Shown piece by piece: positions 5,278-5,739 of a stretch of 5,739 nt of DNA (the first letter of the stretch is position 1; each line of letters begins with the position of its first letter). A model generated the notes under the pieces. It was not told the DNA's origin. It did not search any database and saw only the letters and a list, made by a program, of their open reading frames with translations. The translations under genes were made by a program, and so were the position numbers. The DNA is taken from contig JBBIMK010000049.1 of assembly GCA_037444445.1 (NCBI GenBank), forward strand, positions 1-5,739, read 5' to 3'. This stretch comes from a bacterium (GTDB taxonomy: Bacteria; UBP7; UBA6624; JBBIMK01).

Positions 5278-5487
5278 TCATCCGTAATTCATTATACCGC
5301 AATAAAAGCCGACACATAAACCCCGTAGCCCGAGACCGCAACCGACACTTCCGCATCCTCCTGCCTTGCCCCATAACTTGCCATAATTCTTCTTGCTGGT
5401 ATGGGGCCTTTGGGGGAGGGAAATTTTTGCCGTGGTGCGATACCCGAGGATGTTTACCGAGAATCTCGGAGGGGTATCACCCTCCAT
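5278..5487 (-). CDS. hypothetical small basic Gly/Cys-rich protein (69 aa), coding status uncertain
   Basis: ATG 5487 is preceded by AAGGA (5501-5497) with a 9-nt spacer. The C-terminal half is GGCGSVGCGLGLRGLCVGFYCG, with Cys45/50 and Cys58/63 forming two CX4CG motifs. Net charge is about +7. The underlying DNA repeats are offset by multiples of 3. Arguments against: I recognise no family, a perfect -10 box lies inside it, and it overlaps other open frames. Confidence 0.3.
   Translation of the reverse strand: MEGDTPPRFSVNILGYRTTAKISLPQRPHTSKKNYGKLWGKAGGCGSVGCGLGLRGLCVGFYCGIMNYG
5291..5296 (-). promoter_or_regulatory. candidate -10 box (TATAAT on the - strand) for the kinase-helicase gene
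   Basis: The + strand ATTATA at 5291-5296 equals TATAAT on the - strand, about 78 nt upstream of ATG 5213. The best -35 is only TTTATG at an 18-nt spacing (3 of 6), and there is no TGn extension. Confidence 0.3.
5296..5348. repeat. bipartite direct repeat ACCGCAA(N0/6)CCGACAC, two copies
   Basis: Copy 1 is ACCGCAA 5296-5302, then TAAAAG, then CCGACAC 5309-5315. Copy 2 is ACCGCAA 5335-5341 directly followed by CCGACAC 5342-5348. Copy 1 abuts the -10 box. Confidence 0.5.
5368..5407. repeat. 8-bp inverted repeat GCCCCATA / TATGGGGC with a 24-nt loop
   Basis: The arms are 5368-5375 and 5400-5407 and are perfect complements. The loop contains CTTGC twice and CCATAA twice. A weak + strand promoter (TTGCCA 5378-5383, 16 nt, TATGGG 5400-5405) overlaps it. 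Confidence 0.4.
5415..5485. promoter_or_regulatory. cluster of nested and mutually exclusive helices (switch-like)
   Basis: GGAGGG occurs at 5415-5420 and 5468-5473, and both complement the single CCCTCC at 5480-5485. GATACCC (5439-5445) pairs with GGGTATC (5472-5478). CCGAG at 5444-5448 and at 5457-5461 both complement CTCGG at 5465-5469. Confidence 0.35.
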
Positions 5488-5520
5488 CTTTGAAAATCCT
5501 TACGCTCACTCCATTTATGG

Positions 5521-5739
5521 ATGTATCCAGCGCGCAGGGCTAACAATCAGACCACCGCATGTCTTGCAGTTAACGATGATGACTGGAACTCTGGGGGGGA
5601 AAGGGAACTCTCTGAAGCAAAGTATTCGGATTTTCTATCATCTTCTGACGATTTTCTTGAACTTCATAATTTCATTGCAAAATGTCGTTTGGGTTTGCTT
5701 CTTGAAGCAGACAAAGGGCATCGCAAACCCCGCCATTTC
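5521..5739 (+). CDS. 5' part of a hypothetical protein gene running off the window edge (frame not settled)
   Basis: This ORF is absent from the supplied track, presumably because it has no in-window stop. The frame starting at ATG 5521 is open for 73 codons: MYPARRANNQTTACLAVNDDDWNSGGERELSEAKYSDFLSSSDDFLELHNFIAKCRLGLLLEADKGHRKPRHF. Its composition looks like a soluble protein. My hand counts of G+C by codon position are about 56/41/38 percent, which is gene-like. There is no SD. An alternative frame is open from 5387 (GTG 5432 or ATG 5450) to 5739 and encodes a hydrophobic product lacking Asp. Confidence 0.35.
   Translation, partial: MYPARRANNQTTACLAVNDDDWNSGGERELSEAKYSDFLSSSDDFLELHNFIAKCRLGLLLEADKGHRKPRHF
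5585..5611. repeat. direct repeat GGAACTCT, two copies, flanking a G7 homopolymer
   Basis: GGAACTCT is at 5585-5592, GGGGGGG at 5593-5599, AAAG at 5600-5603 and GGAACTCT at 5604-5611. The repeat period is 19 nt. Confidence 0.5.
5691..5730. repeat. nested inverted repeats
   Basis: GGGTTTGC (5691-5698) complements GCAAACCC (5723-5730). The 14-bp palindrome TGCTTC-TT-GAAGCA (5696-5709) overlaps the left arm. Confidence 0.4.

Noticed and set aside
5214-5520. Retron- or DRT-style non-coding RNA, or a known riboswitch, upstream of the fusion gene
   Set aside because: The window contains no reverse transcriptase. I could not match the helices to any Rfam family from memory. The structures are reported as an unassigned switch-like cluster instead.
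4836-5543. 235-aa + strand ORF
   Set aside because: Its first 378 nt are antisense to the kinase N-terminus. The remaining translation (…RNSLYRNKSRHINPVARDRNRHFRILLPCP…) is not protein-like. The frame is the one that contains all + strand stops beyond 5541.
5638-5736. 32-aa - strand ORF (MAGFAMPFVCFKKQTQTTFCNEIMKFKKIVRR)
   Set aside because: It is very short and I recognise no family. Its upstream region lies outside the window, so no SD can be assessed. It conflicts with the + strand period-3 stop phasing across the same interval.
1-5739. CRISPR arrays, tRNA or rRNA genes, IS elements, integrases and terminal inverted repeats of mobile elements
   Set aside because: I found no regularly spaced repeats of 25-40 nt, no cloverleaf-compatible segment, and no transposase- or recombinase-like translation in any frame.

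Overview
Bacterial-looking window: mid G+C by eye, Shine-Dalgarno-led genes and a lipobox signal peptide. Four CDS are well supported. They are a DinB-family protein (+), a predicted lipoprotein (+), an MFS transporter (-), and a 906-aa ORF (-). The 906-aa ORF fuses a complete Hanks-type Ser/Thr kinase to a complete UvrD/PcrA-like SF1 helicase, with every catalytic motif intact in both halves. I know of no characterised member of that architecture, so it is my main candidate for an undescribed system (single-gene nucleic-acid sensor, signalling or defence protein). It lies between an AT-rich spacer (2300-2492) and a 525-nt right-hand region (5214-5739). That region has no confidently assignable gene but is dense with signals. 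These include a strong SD serving a 10-codon uORF that is in frame with the kinase but cut off by TAG, four tandem heptamers, and direct repeats around a perfect -10 box. There is also a basic Gly/Cys-rich 69-aa ORF with two CX4CG motifs, a set of mutually exclusive GGAGGG/CCCTCC helices, and strong period-3 phasing of + strand stop triplets. The phasing implies a + strand gene running off the window edge, with a G7 tract where two open frames coexist. I saw no rRNA, tRNA, CRISPR array, transposase or integrase. All functional calls come from motif recognition by eye; no searches were run.
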